Shown here: in pieces, positions 50,001 through 58,290 of the stretch
How positions within the stretch are numbered: the first letter of the stretch is position 1
Layout of the letters: each line of letters begins with the position of its first letter
Assembly (NCBI GenBank): GCA_964270895.1
Contig: OZ185438.1
Source: Podarcis filfolensis
Lineage: Eukaryota
Reading direction: 5' to 3' (one strand)
DNA length: 64,000 bases
Made by a program: the position numbers and the translations under genes
Notes under the pieces: generated by a model
Told to the model about the DNA's origin: nothing
What the model saw: only the letters and a program-made list of their open reading frames with translations
Database searches by the model: none

Positions 50001-53000
50001 CTGAAACTGTTCTTAACCTGAAGCACCACTTTAGCTAATGGGGCCTCCCGCTGCCGCCACGCTGCCGGAGCACGATTTCTGTTTTCATCCTAAAGCAAAG
50101 TTCTTAACCCGAGGTACTATTTCTGGGTTAGCGGAGTCTGTAACCTGAAGCGTACATAACCTGAAGTGTATGTAACCCGACGTACCACTGTATTGTTGTT
50201 TAACCTTAAGATTAAATAACAGAAATACATTCCTTCAGTTACCAGCTGGAATACAGCACACATGTCACTCTCTAGTGGCTTTCAAGCATTTTTGCTTCAG
50301 GTAAAATTTTCCATGCCAAAAAGTCTGCCGGACTGCCACACAACCCCTACACCAGGACAGCAGTCTCCTAGTGCAAGGGAAGAATTCCTGGCAAGGGCAC
50401 TCGACAATTCTCTCCAAACTTCAGAGAACATGAGTTTCCAAGGAACACAATATCTTATGGGACCAAACATGCCCCAGTCCTCACTGAAATTTAATACACA
50501 CACCTGAATGACTTATAACTCATAAACCTACAACAGAAGCAAACTGAAAAAAACACTAGACTTAGACCCAGGGAAAACATACATCAGCCAACCTGTGGAG
50601 TTGACTGAACACTTTTGTACTTTCAAATTACCCACAACAACCCTAGAAAATATTTGCATTCCTATTTAGTTATATTTCCACCTTCTCAAATTGTTGTTTC
50701 TCCCATTTGTGCATAAACATGAGTTACAGTTGTATTCCACTTCTCAATAAGTTTCATTCTCAGAAACTAACTGCATTCAGACACAATGCTGGCCACTGTT
50801 AACATGCTCAAGCATTTCTCATTTCCTTGAACAGAGAAACAAATCACAGAATGGCTGGCTTAGTGTTTTGTCCAAACCAACACTTGTGGTTTATTTCTCT
50901 TGATCTGAAGCCAAGGTTTGTTCTTAGCTTCCCAATTGTGGTTTGAGAGAAACAAACCACAAGTGCTGGTTGAGACTGGGCTGGTCACTGTGTGGTTTGT
51001 TCCCCCTCTTAACTAAGTGTGGAGCAAGATAGCACCAACATGCTGCCACCACTCACACACATTCTAATCTAACTAACTTCGACTAGTGTCAGCCTGCCAA
51101 ATTTATTTGCTAAAAATTATACAAAAAACACAAACTATACTCATACATGTTTTAGCACAGGTGGCTTTGCCTTACATGCAAATGAAACCACTGACTCTTG
51201 ACTACGAATGTTCACAAACAGTCACCAATGCTTATTTTCTTTTTTACTGCAAAATTAACATAGTTGCTCTTCTGGAATTTGTCGCTGTACACACTGTATT
51301 TGGAATTCACAATAACTAAACTGTTATCACTCAGAATTCACCAGAACATGCCACACTGTAGCAAACATATTTACAGAGTTCAGCATGCAACAGAAAAACA
51401 TTAACTCCACTTACACAGCCAAACTAATGTTCTGATGGATCTAAACGGTTTTTGGTTACCAATTTTAGAACTTTTCAAATAATAAAATGCTACAAATACA
51501 GAACTTCTTTCTATAAAAAATTATATCCAAGGTGTTTGGTTTTATCAAACTAGCCGAAAGTGAACTGCAATATTTCTAACTTACATTTCTCAGTTTAAAC
51601 AATGGGATAGCATGGACACAATCTAGAGCATGATATTAAAACAAGACAAATTTAGTTTAGCTCTTGCCGTAGGTACTCAGGAAAAAATATCACAGCATTG
51701 CACTTCCAACATGTATTTGTAATTCAGACAGATTACTTATAGTGAGAAACTTCACAAACCAAATAATTTTAATATTCTCAACAGATTAACAGTGCAACCT
51801 AGTCCTTCAGTTATACTGCCTACATGACAATGGAATTAATATGAAATCTCTTGTGCTGGCATTACTCCAAGTTACACCACCACTGTAAAGTTGTGATAGC
51901 ATAAATGACATTCTGTGTTAGAAACTCAGTTATATAAGCTAAGTGCCAAATGGCACCTTGAACCTAGGTTACGGTCGCCACAACTGAATGTCTATTTGCC
52001 AGGGGGGTTGGATGACCCTCGCAGTCTCTTCCAACGCTACAATTCTATGATCTAAACTACATTGCTTGACTGTAGCTTGCTCTTACAAACAATTCACCTG
52101 TTCAAGTATGCAAGAAGGAGAAACACACACAGTGGAAATGGAAATGATATTACCTACAGACTAAGGCAGAGGTTTTTTAACTATGGTTTGTGAGTTCCAT
52201 TTGGGTGGTCTGTGGAAAGTCAGCAGCACATTCAAATATATCTGTAGTCAGCCCTGCACTTACTTTCCTTGATGTGATTACGGAGGACTGTGTACGAATC
52301 AGCTGGATTGATAGAGATGTCAGTTGCCAACCTGGCATCTAGATACCTCCATGTAGTCGCAATTGGACCTACTCCAGTAGCAAAACATGCCTGGCAAACT
52401 TCGAACACTGGTGACATTACAATACTGTTAAGTCAGCACAGATTATGTGTCATAGTATAACAGGTAAAGATGAAGACATACTGGAGGAGGATCAGAGTAG
52501 TGGCCAGCTTAATCCCGAAGCTCAGGCACTGTTCCTGCATCCTCGTCTAGCGTAGTTAGACCTACAAAGCTAGTATAAATAAAAACATTCTCACTGGAGT
52601 GAATGGAGAGCCACATTATACTATCCTCTCTCACAATGTGAGTACTGTATAGGATACTCTTGGAATGGTCTATAGCCACAAGCAGTAAATATTTAAATGC
52701 TAGAGTAAACAAAGGTATACATCCCAACCTATTAAGATGAGTGGCATGGGCTATGTCTATGGATTTCAGAACTGTTAGCATACAAGAGGCTAAGGGGAAC
52801 TTGGTGATGGGAACAGTGGTATAATGACACTATACAAAGAAAGTACTTTAGACAAAATAACAAACAGCCAAGGCTGACACCCAAGCATCCAGGAAAGAGC
52901 AAATGGATAACACTTATGATCTCAGACCTCTTACAGTTACTCCACTTCAGAACAGAAACAAACACTCACCAAAAACTCCAAGTTGCAACTAGAACTCCAA

Positions 53001-56000
53001 GGCAAAGCATGCTCACAGGTAAGAAACAGACTGCCAAAACCCTAGCCATCCTCCTTCAGTTCCCATAGTCACCCCAAGGAATGCAGAGAATTCCTATTGC
53101 CACAGATCACCTACTAATCCCCTTGCAATATGGAAAAATTGGGGTATACCAGCTGAAGAATCCCTGTCCTGTCTTAATCAACACAGCTCTGGCTCTCATT
53201 TGCATCTGCTGGTCCCAGGGAAGCAGTATAAGGTGTCTGGAAGTGTGATGGATGAGAGCAAGCTGTGATTAGACAGATGAACTGTGGGAATATAAATCTT
53301 CTGATCTAGGTGAAGTACAGGCAACTCCCCATTTGAACAGGAGATGCGTTCCAAGTCAATGCACAAGTCAGCCGTTGCGTTTAAGTCTGTTCTGCCCCTG
53401 CCCCACTCCGGGGTCGAAAGCAGCACACGCGTCAGCAGTCTCATGCAAAATGGTCGTTGCCTAAACATAACTAATCATGGATGGTACTGCACTCCTCCTG
53501 AAGGCCAAACATACAGCTTGGGAGTTCCTCTCAAATTCTATATTATCTATGGCAGTGCAGGTTGCATTGTTCCTAGGACAGCCTTTACCAGTTTCGTCTG
53601 ATTTGGCAGTTGCACCTCTTCTACTAAAGTGGTTATTCCCTTTAAAGCCTAAATGGTTTGAGACCAGATTGTTTGAAGGACTACATATACAACCTCTAAA
53701 ACTGGCCACAGAGCCCTTTATTGCAGACCCAGTCAAGATTAAACTTCACTGCTGTGAAACGCCACCTCATGGAATGAACCAACCCCTATTTGCCAGCTTC
53801 TTCAGCCTCTTTTAAATGGGCCATAAATACCTTTTTTATTTCAGTCTGCCTTCCATTGTTGATGTTGGTCCAAAGTTTTAAAACTGTTACTGCTCGGTGT
53901 TTTACTTTTGCTGACAGGTTCAAAGTTCACATCCCCTTCCCCCTTCAGTCTTATCTGAATATAATAACTATGGCAATTTGGAAAGATGAAAACTCTGGAT
54001 GGAGTTATATTTGAGTGCCCCTCTCTTGCCAACAATTGACTTTCTTATAAAATGAATCATAAACTCTGGTGCCAAGAGTTAAAAGATGGTGAGATTTGAG
54101 AAGTATCCTGCTGGTCCAGGAAGTTACCCAAGTTCTGAAGCTGCGTTCTTCTACGCTTATGTAAAAAGTAGTTATAGCACAATCCTGTGCTCACTTAATT
54201 GGGAGTAAGCCCTATTAGACTCAATGTTCAATTAAAATCTCAAATTAAATGAGACTTATGAAAAATATTTTCAGAACCAAAGAACAAAGTGGTTAATACT
54301 TACTTCACAGAAAGCAGTGAAGTCCGATTTTCAATGTAATCGTATGCATGTTTACTCAGAAGTAAGTCCCAGTGACTTCAACAGAGCTTACATCTACAGA
54401 AGTGTGCATAAGATTGCAGCCTCCAACTATCAGTTTTACTATCATTAGTATACACCAGAAATGTGAAAAAGCAACCTTTTTAAAAGTGCTAAAATATATA
54501 TTTATTAAAAGGTGATCTGCAATACAGTGGAGTGTAGATTAGCAAGTATCTGACAGAAACATAGATGTTGAACCTTATATCCATACTCAAGAAAACAATG
54601 CTTGCATGACATCATAAGAAATTACAACTGACAGTTGAATCCACAATCCATATAAACTTAAGAATGATGTGAGAGCTGGTGAAGTGAGCAGGGACATCCC
54701 TAAGATTACATGTTTCTAAGCCATACATTTCCCAGTTGGCATAAGGCACATGCATATAAAGACACACAATCTTCAATATGGGCACAATAATATCCTTACT
54801 TACCTTTCAGGGTCATTGCACAAAATGTTGTAATAGCACCTATGTAGTGTTTTGAACACCCTAGAATGTTTTATAAATGCTGATTTTATATATGCAAATT
54901 TCTTTTGTACATTTACACACATATATACAGTGGTACCTCGGGTTACATACACTTCAGGTTACATACGCTTCAGGTTACAGACTCGGCTAACCCAGAAATA
55001 GTACCTTGGGTTAAGAACTTTGCTTCAGGATGAGAACAGAAATCACGCTCCGGCGGCGGCGCAGCAGCAGGAGGCCCCATTAGCTAAAGTGGTGCTTCAG
55101 GTTAAGAACAGTTTCAGGTTAAGAACAGACCTCCAGAACGAATTAAGTACTTAACCCGAGGTACCACTGTAATGCTAATATATCTATAATAAATAACTAG
55201 ATTGCTCTCTGCTAATAATTATATATTTATGTCAACTTCAACTGAACTAAAAAGGTAACAGGACCCCTGACCATTAGGTCCAGTCGTGACCAACTCTGGA
55301 GTTGATCACCTTTAATCTACTTTTCCCATAACAATCTGGTTCGACTCTTGAGTTAGATAATCTGGGGTTTGTATTCAACTAAGTTATGTTCAGAGTAGAA
55401 CCACTGAAATTATTTAACATGACTAAGTTAGGCCATTCATTTCAGTGGGGTTACTCTGAATAAACTTAGCTGAAGCCCCCCTGTAGATGTTAACTGTTCA
55501 GTTGTTTTATGGAATTATTGTTTTTTTTAAAGGGGAAAAAAACACCACTATGTTTTTAGTACTGCAAAACATCTGGGTTAAGAGAGACATCACAGTACTA
55601 AAAAAAAACTTCTGCATGATCTTAAACACATCTACCAGAAAGTCAGTCACTTACTGGCCCATACCCAAATCAGTACGCGTCCCAATACACCCTGCACACA
55701 TTATCACCACTCTTCTTATTTAACATAAGCAATATACAACTTAACTGCATATACCCTCAAACACATCATGTGAAGGAGAATACTGCTATCTTCCTCTTTA
55801 TATTTGCAAAACTGAGGCTCAAGAACTGTGGCTTGATCAAAGGCCGCATCACATGGCCACACAGCCATGCTTTCATTGTTGTTTACTCTGAAGCATGTCC
55901 CCAAAGACACAGGCCTATTAACATCTCCTTACAACAATTTAACTTTGGGGTGGTTTTTTTAAATCAGGCTGAAAGGAAACAGCAGAAATTTTCTTTAACA

Positions 56001-56965
56001 TACAATTTACATTGTTTATAGTATTTATTGCTACTTCTTTAACTATGCCACAGAGCAACCTAGTTAATTAGACACTTTAGACAGCTTCAAGCATTTCGCA
56101 GGGCCCCACCTAATTCATTAGGAGAGCAAGGACAATTAAGCCGCTGGCTAATATGTAACAGAAATATATACGAAATGTTTGTAGCTCCGAGCTCTCCACA
56201 CCAAACAACTAAGACACACTACTTGCACCTGAGGTTTGAAAACCCAGCTTAGTCACAGACACAGCAACTTGAGCTGACTCCCCTTTTTCTCTCCTTACAT
56301 TTGGGAGAATGGGGAGGGGAGAACAACCACCCAGTGCAAGGTGTGAAAGAAGCATAAAAATGCACGAGGGGTACCTGCACATCCATCCTGTCAACCGTCT
56401 GCACATACATTAAAACATGTGCAAACACCGCACATCCCAGACCATATCGGGATGCGGGGGGGAGCCCTGTCTCTTGGCTATCCAGTCCACATACGCTAAA
56501 GCTTCCCGTGGCCAGCAGCAGGACCCTTGGGTGCTCGAAGGTCTTCCATACACACGTGCAATCGCCGCCCATCTCAGAACACATGGGGGAAGGTGGGGTG
56601 TTGGGTTTTTTTTGGGGGGGGTGGATTTCCCTCTCCCTACTGCCGGCGTTTGCAGGAGGTCTTCCAGAAGCGGAGTTAAGAGAAAGGGCCCGCCAGAGGC
56701 GAACCCCACGGAGCCCAGCAGGAAAGCATCAAGTCCTCCCTCCCGGGGGTTTCGTTGTGGGGGGCGGCCCACCGCCCACCTGCCTGCCTTCCCCTCCTCG
56801 ACTCCCGGGTCACTCACAGGTGACGATGGGCTTGTTCTCCATGGTGTAGATGACCGGCGGCGCCTCCACCTCCTCGTCGTCCTCCGCCAACACGCCTTCG
56901 CCGGCTGCTGCTGCTGGTGGTGCTGCTTCTGCTGCTGCCGCCGCCGCCGCCGGGGCGGGTTCCAT
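15122..56965 (-). CDS. TRAPPC10: TRAPPC10 (TRAPPII-specific subunit, Trs130/TMEM1), complete spliced CDS, 23 exons, 1285 aa
   Basis: Exon lengths sum to 3858 nt with continuous phase. Translation ...PPVIYTMENKPIVTCAGDQNLF...DDHILEVNVT* matches TRAPPC10 as recalled from the human protein. Lies upstream of PWP2 on the same strand, as in human. Confidence 0.97.
16424..16618 (-). CDS. TRAPPC10: TRAPPC10 exon 22
   Basis: tttcag|VDNSSNWAVCGKSSGVISMP...PLFAGYLPFPDVRLFKYLP...QLDA|gtaaga; 195 nt. Confidence 0.96.
16965..17142 (-). CDS. TRAPPC10: TRAPPC10 exon 21
   Basis: tgccag|TLYNVKAEISPP...TTKLMYE|gtaggc; 178 nt. Confidence 0.95.
17902..18072 (-). CDS. TRAPPC10: TRAPPC10 exon 20
   Basis: tttcag|HIYTKQAVFFVWELKW...KPYTYEFQLENFF|gtaagt; 171 nt. 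Confidence 0.95.
19141..19267 (-). CDS. TRAPPC10: TRAPPC10 exon 19
   Basis: ttttag|KYIQVCVQNMSDISFKLSD...PLNSKAEQ|gtaggt; 127 nt. Confidence 0.94.
19338..19418. repeat. (ATCT)n / GATA microsatellite, TRAPPC10 intron 18
   Basis: Direct reading; interrupted by ATC units. Confidence 0.97.
19764..19864 (-). CDS. TRAPPC10: TRAPPC10 exon 18
   Basis: ctgcag|VTIDCPWSIYSTIIALTFSIPFTAKHSLLSAGK|gtaact; 101 nt. Confidence 0.95.
20370..20596 (-). CDS. TRAPPC10: TRAPPC10 exon 17
   Basis: ttgtag|KASEASLMIQSSEKITSISLPVAPAYHVI...ATIDQK|gtaagt; 227 nt. Confidence 0.94.
21740..21898 (-). CDS. TRAPPC10: TRAPPC10 exon 16
   Basis: ttccag|SLLAGIPQKVKFTVTTGHYTIKNGDALQLSN...VIYSNTK|gtatgt; 159 nt. Confidence 0.96.
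23237..23378 (-). CDS. TRAPPC10: TRAPPC10 exon 15
   Basis: tcatag|GKDPGTYTLRQLC...YDVYSQEPQLKVEPCT|gtaggt; 142 nt. Confidence 0.95.
25440..25812 (-). mobile_element. Decayed L2-clade LINE fragment abutting MITE copy 1
   Basis: Minus strand reads LTTVVHALLTSRLD...FQLVQNAVAQLL with frameshifts, the L2 ORF2 C-terminal motif. Confidence 0.75.
25815..26029 (+). mobile_element. Tc1/mariner-pogo-type MITE, copy 1 (internally deleted)
   Basis: Ends (g/c)agtggtacctcgggtta...ttaacccaaggtaccactg, flanked by TA on both sides; same family as 49949-50190 and 54928-55169. Confidence 0.9.
26503..27017 (-). CDS. TRAPPC10: TRAPPC10 exon 14
   Basis: ttacag|DQKVILSMHSFAQL...GVNNITFRTQ|gtatgt; 515 nt. Confidence 0.96.
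28442..28554 (-). CDS. TRAPPC10: TRAPPC10 exon 13
   Basis: TTCCTTAACttcgtgccag|YLQTSSLLAADTHLTEEERKHYCQEILNFAKQPSEGE|gtaaga; 113 nt. Confidence 0.95.
28555..29488 (-). other. U12-type (minor spliceosome) GT-AG intron, TRAPPC10 intron 12
   Basis: 5' splice site GTATCCTT (29488-29481). Branch TTCCTTAAC (28573-28565) lies 10 nt before the 3' splice site, with no polypyrimidine tract. Confidence 0.93.
28840..29075 (-). mobile_element. Decayed CR1 LINE ORF2 fragment inside the U12 intron
   Basis: Translates as YMLIGSEL...RELGIVVGSLVKVLTQCVPVAKKTNSVLGII, resembling CR1 DLG..VD..L.MS.QC..AKKAN..LG.I. Confidence 0.7.
29489..29629 (-). CDS. TRAPPC10: TRAPPC10 exon 12
   Basis: cccaag|KKKSPQKAEVYLQGALKTYLAEGW...HLGQVE|GTATCCTT (U12 donor); 141 nt. 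Confidence 0.95.
30340..31020 (-). mobile_element. Decayed L2-clade LINE 3' part
   Basis: AVTHAQLTYYLNYCNTVYMGLPMQMIQKLQLV resembles L2 VHALVTSRLDYCN.LY.GLP....KLQLVQN; AT-rich tail at 30340-30360; limits approximate. Confidence 0.7.
31672..31763 (-). CDS. TRAPPC10: TRAPPC10 exon 11
   Basis: atgtag|DLSHATIEMYKNIGRSRSAKLVGKDLAEFY|gtaagg; 92 nt. Confidence 0.96.
32411..32487 (-). CDS. TRAPPC10: TRAPPC10 exon 10
   Basis: ttgaag|NTAQSPYKKLKEALSSVEAFENHYL|gtaagt; 77 nt. Confidence 0.95.
32724..32860 (+). mobile_element. tRNA-derived SINE with CR1-like 3' tail
   Basis: A box (tagttcagttggttagagc) and B box (ggttcgatccc), then ggactagatgatcctcagggtcccctccaactctacaatt. Confidence 0.85.
33329..33443 (-). 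CDS. TRAPPC10: TRAPPC10 exon 9
   Basis: ctgcag|LKSLGYLCGLVSENGPNSEDLNRTVDLLAGLGAERPET|gtattt; 115 nt. Confidence 0.96.
34398..34544 (-). CDS. TRAPPC10: TRAPPC10 exon 8
   Basis: ctttag|VSVPPGALDCWVFLSCLEVLQRIEGCCD...LWSYATEK|gtaaac; 147 nt. Confidence 0.96.
35031..35095. repeat. (ATCT)n / GATA microsatellite, TRAPPC10 intron 7
   Basis: Direct reading. Confidence 0.97.
35298..35545 (-). CDS. TRAPPC10: TRAPPC10 exon 7
   Basis: gcatag|DGANWLTFFCQPVRSW...CVQELKLLE|gtaagt; 248 nt. Confidence 0.96.
35787..35898 (-). CDS. TRAPPC10: TRAPPC10 exon 6
   Basis: taaaag|EELAFVFEMLQQFEDALVQYDELDALFSQYVVNFGAG|gtaagt; 112 nt. Confidence 0.95.
36328..36523 (-). CDS. TRAPPC10: TRAPPC10 exon 5
   Basis: ttacag|CVVLSDPLKDSSRSQESW...WSFCEYFMVQ|gtatag; 196 nt. 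Confidence 0.96.
36537..36691 (-). mobile_element. tRNA-derived SINE with CR1-like tail (same family as 32724-32860, inverted)
   Basis: Reverse complement tagctcagttggttagagcatggtgctgataac...ggttcgatccc...ggactagatgatcctcagggtcccttccaac...(atgattct) tail. Confidence 0.87.
37745..37860 (-). mobile_element. tRNA-Lys(CTT)-derived SINE with CR1-like tail fragment
   Basis: Reverse complement ctagctcagctggcagagcatgagactcttaa...cagggtcatgggtttgagccccac resembles vertebrate tRNA-Lys-CTT, followed by cctgcattgcagggggttggact. Confidence 0.8.
38190..38326 (-). mobile_element. 5'-truncated Sauria SINE with 11-bp TSD
   Basis: aaggtaaggtaaagggacccctgaccattagg... is the reverse complement of the (ACCTTT)n-tailed Sauria SINE 3' end; TSD TGTATGTTTTA at 38179-38189 and 38327-38337. 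Confidence 0.85.
39499..39695 (-). CDS. TRAPPC10: TRAPPC10 exon 4
   Basis: ccttag|DTEVYKATVKDDITKWQ...RNDFCNKQSD|gtaagt; 197 nt. Confidence 0.96.
40050..40185 (-). CDS. TRAPPC10: TRAPPC10 exon 3
   Basis: attcag|SYGRAPKMIHLESNFVQFKEELL...HIYWTECC|gtaagt; 136 nt. Confidence 0.96.
40753..40834 (-). CDS. TRAPPC10: TRAPPC10 exon 2
   Basis: tctcag|AGDQNLFSSLYPTLSQQLPRDPMEWR|gtagtt; 82 nt. Confidence 0.96.
46596..47159. mobile_element. Non-autonomous TA-target DNA transposon (564 bp) with internal ~158-bp tandem, hairpin-rich repeats
   Basis: Perfect 13-bp TIR CCGTATTTTTCGC / GCGAAAAATACGG, TA flanks at 46594-46595 and 47160-47161; internal units start at 46687, 46844 and 47002. Confidence 0.9.
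49949..50190 (-). mobile_element. Tc1/mariner-pogo-type MITE, copy 2 (242 bp, inverted relative to copies 1 and 3)
   Basis: About 18-bp TIR CAGTGGTACCTCGGGTTA, TA target duplication; reverse complement aligns with copy 3 end to end. Confidence 0.92.
54335..54421. repeat. Palindromic MITE-like repeat (gcaatcctatgca...taggattgcagc family); related copies near 54175-54230 and 58541-58634
   Basis: tgtaatcgtatgca...agtaagtccc...tgcataagattgca inverted ends. Confidence 0.55.
54928..55169 (+). mobile_element. Tc1/mariner-pogo-type MITE, copy 3 (242 bp)
   Basis: Perfect 18-bp TIR CAGTGGTACCTCGGGTTA / TAACCCGAGGTACCACTG, TA on both flanks. Confidence 0.93.
55250..55304 (-). mobile_element. Short Sauria SINE 3' fragment
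   Basis: aaaggtaacaggacccctgaccattaggtccagtcgtg nearly matches 38190-38240. Confidence 0.75.
55366..55478. repeat. Palindromic MITE-like repeat; second copy near 27378-27493
   Basis: ttcaactaagtt..cagagta..cca.tgaaat / atttca.tgg..tactctga..aaacttagctgaa inverted arms; same motif order in both copies. Confidence 0.6.
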
Positions 56966-57500
56966 GGGCGGACAGGGCGCTCAGCCCCGGCTCCGGCTCC
57001 CCCGCCCGCGCCGCGCCATGGACCCGCCGCCGCTACCGCCACACCTTCCCGGCGCGCCCTCTCCCCCTGCTGCTCTTCCTCCTCGCCGCCGCCGCCTCAA
57101 AAAGGGGGGGCGCCCTCCTTCTGCCCCTCCCCCCTCCCAAACCCCCAACTGGGCCCCCCCTCGCGCGCAGCCCCCACGGATGGAAGGCAAGTGCCAGGCT
57201 CATCCGCTTCCTGTATCGCCGGGACCCAGCATGACCGCTTCCGGCGGAGGAAGGAGCGGGGCGTTAAAGGGGAGGCTCGAGGTGGCGCGGCTGGCCTCCG
57301 AGAGGAATCGGAAGCTTTAAAGGGGAGGACAAAAGAAGGCGGAAGGAAGGAAGTGGCGGGTCGTGGGAGAAGCAGGCAGCCCTCTGAAGAGGGACGGGGG
57401 TGGGGGGAGCGAGCAGGGCTGTCCCGAGAAGAAAAAGTTGCCGCTGTGCGGGTTTATTTGTGCAGTCGTTCTCCCCAGTTAATATAAATGTGAACATAGG
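56410..57500 (-). promoter_or_regulatory. CpG island / promoter and 5'UTR of TRAPPC10
   Basis: Very GC/CpG-rich block around exon 1; ETS-type CTTCCGG at 57238-57244. TSS not determinable. Confidence 0.85.
56818..56965 (-). CDS. TRAPPC10: TRAPPC10 exon 1 (coding part)
   Basis: gcccATGG; MEPAPAAAAAAAEAAPPAAAAGEGVLAEDDEEVEAPPVIYTMENKPIVT|gtgagt; 148 nt, phase 1. Confidence 0.9.
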
Positions 57501-58162
57501 GCGTAGTGGCACAACAACAAAAGAAAATATTAAAACATTATAATAATAATATATTTAATCGCCATGACCATTTACTTAGATTTAACTGTTCTTGTAATAT
57601 CACACAAAACAAAGTTAGTTGCATGTACATCATGCTTTACTGCTTTGTTGCTGCCGCCTTGCATATCTCTTCTTGACCCTCCAGATCCAGAAGACGGGGC
57701 CAGGCTCCTCCCTCCATCGACTGTCAGCCGGCATCAGCCTGCAGCAAAGGGAGAAAGAGAAGGGATGCAGAGCCGCTCAATTTGTGCTCCTAAAAGGCTA
57801 TGAACTTCAGGTGCCTCCTGTCCTGGAGCTATTCTGTCCCAACTGGTCTTTTGAACTTGTAACTAAGAACATTAGCCAGCGTCCATGTATTTTCTCTTTC
57901 CACCCTGGTCCATTTTGCTTTTGTGCCGTGCCCTTCTAGATGAAGCTCAAGGGCAGGGACTGCCTCTTCTGTAGTAATTTGTTAGCTGTTCTGGGAGCCT
58001 CTTTTAAAGAACAGGATTAAAATGTAATAGTTCAGAACCTGCAATTTATAGTACATATTGGTTCATTCATATGATCAAGAGAAACGTGACTTCTGGCTCA
58101 GATGCATACTCTTAAGTGTTTGGGACAAAAAATGTTCCCCTGTATTCATTCATCGGCTGCAG

Positions 58163-58290
58163 TTCATAGAATTGTAGAATCCTATGCAATGCAGGAATCT
58201 CAGTTAAAGGATCCATGACAGATGGCCATCCAGCCACTGCTTTAAAACCTTAAAGGAAGGAGAGAGAGTCCACCACCTTCTGAGGGAGTT
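58163..58290 (-). mobile_element. CR1-type 3' fragment
   Basis: catagaattgtagaatc tail plus gatggccatccagccactgctttaaaacc...ggagag..tccaccaccttc. Confidence 0.6.

Noticed and set aside
56417-57487. 356-aa plus-strand ORF, and the other overlapping ORFs at 56410-57320
   Set aside because: Shadow ORFs of the GC-rich CpG island and the GCG/GCA repeats, where stops are rare; low-complexity translation; antisense to or out of frame with TRAPPC10 exon 1.
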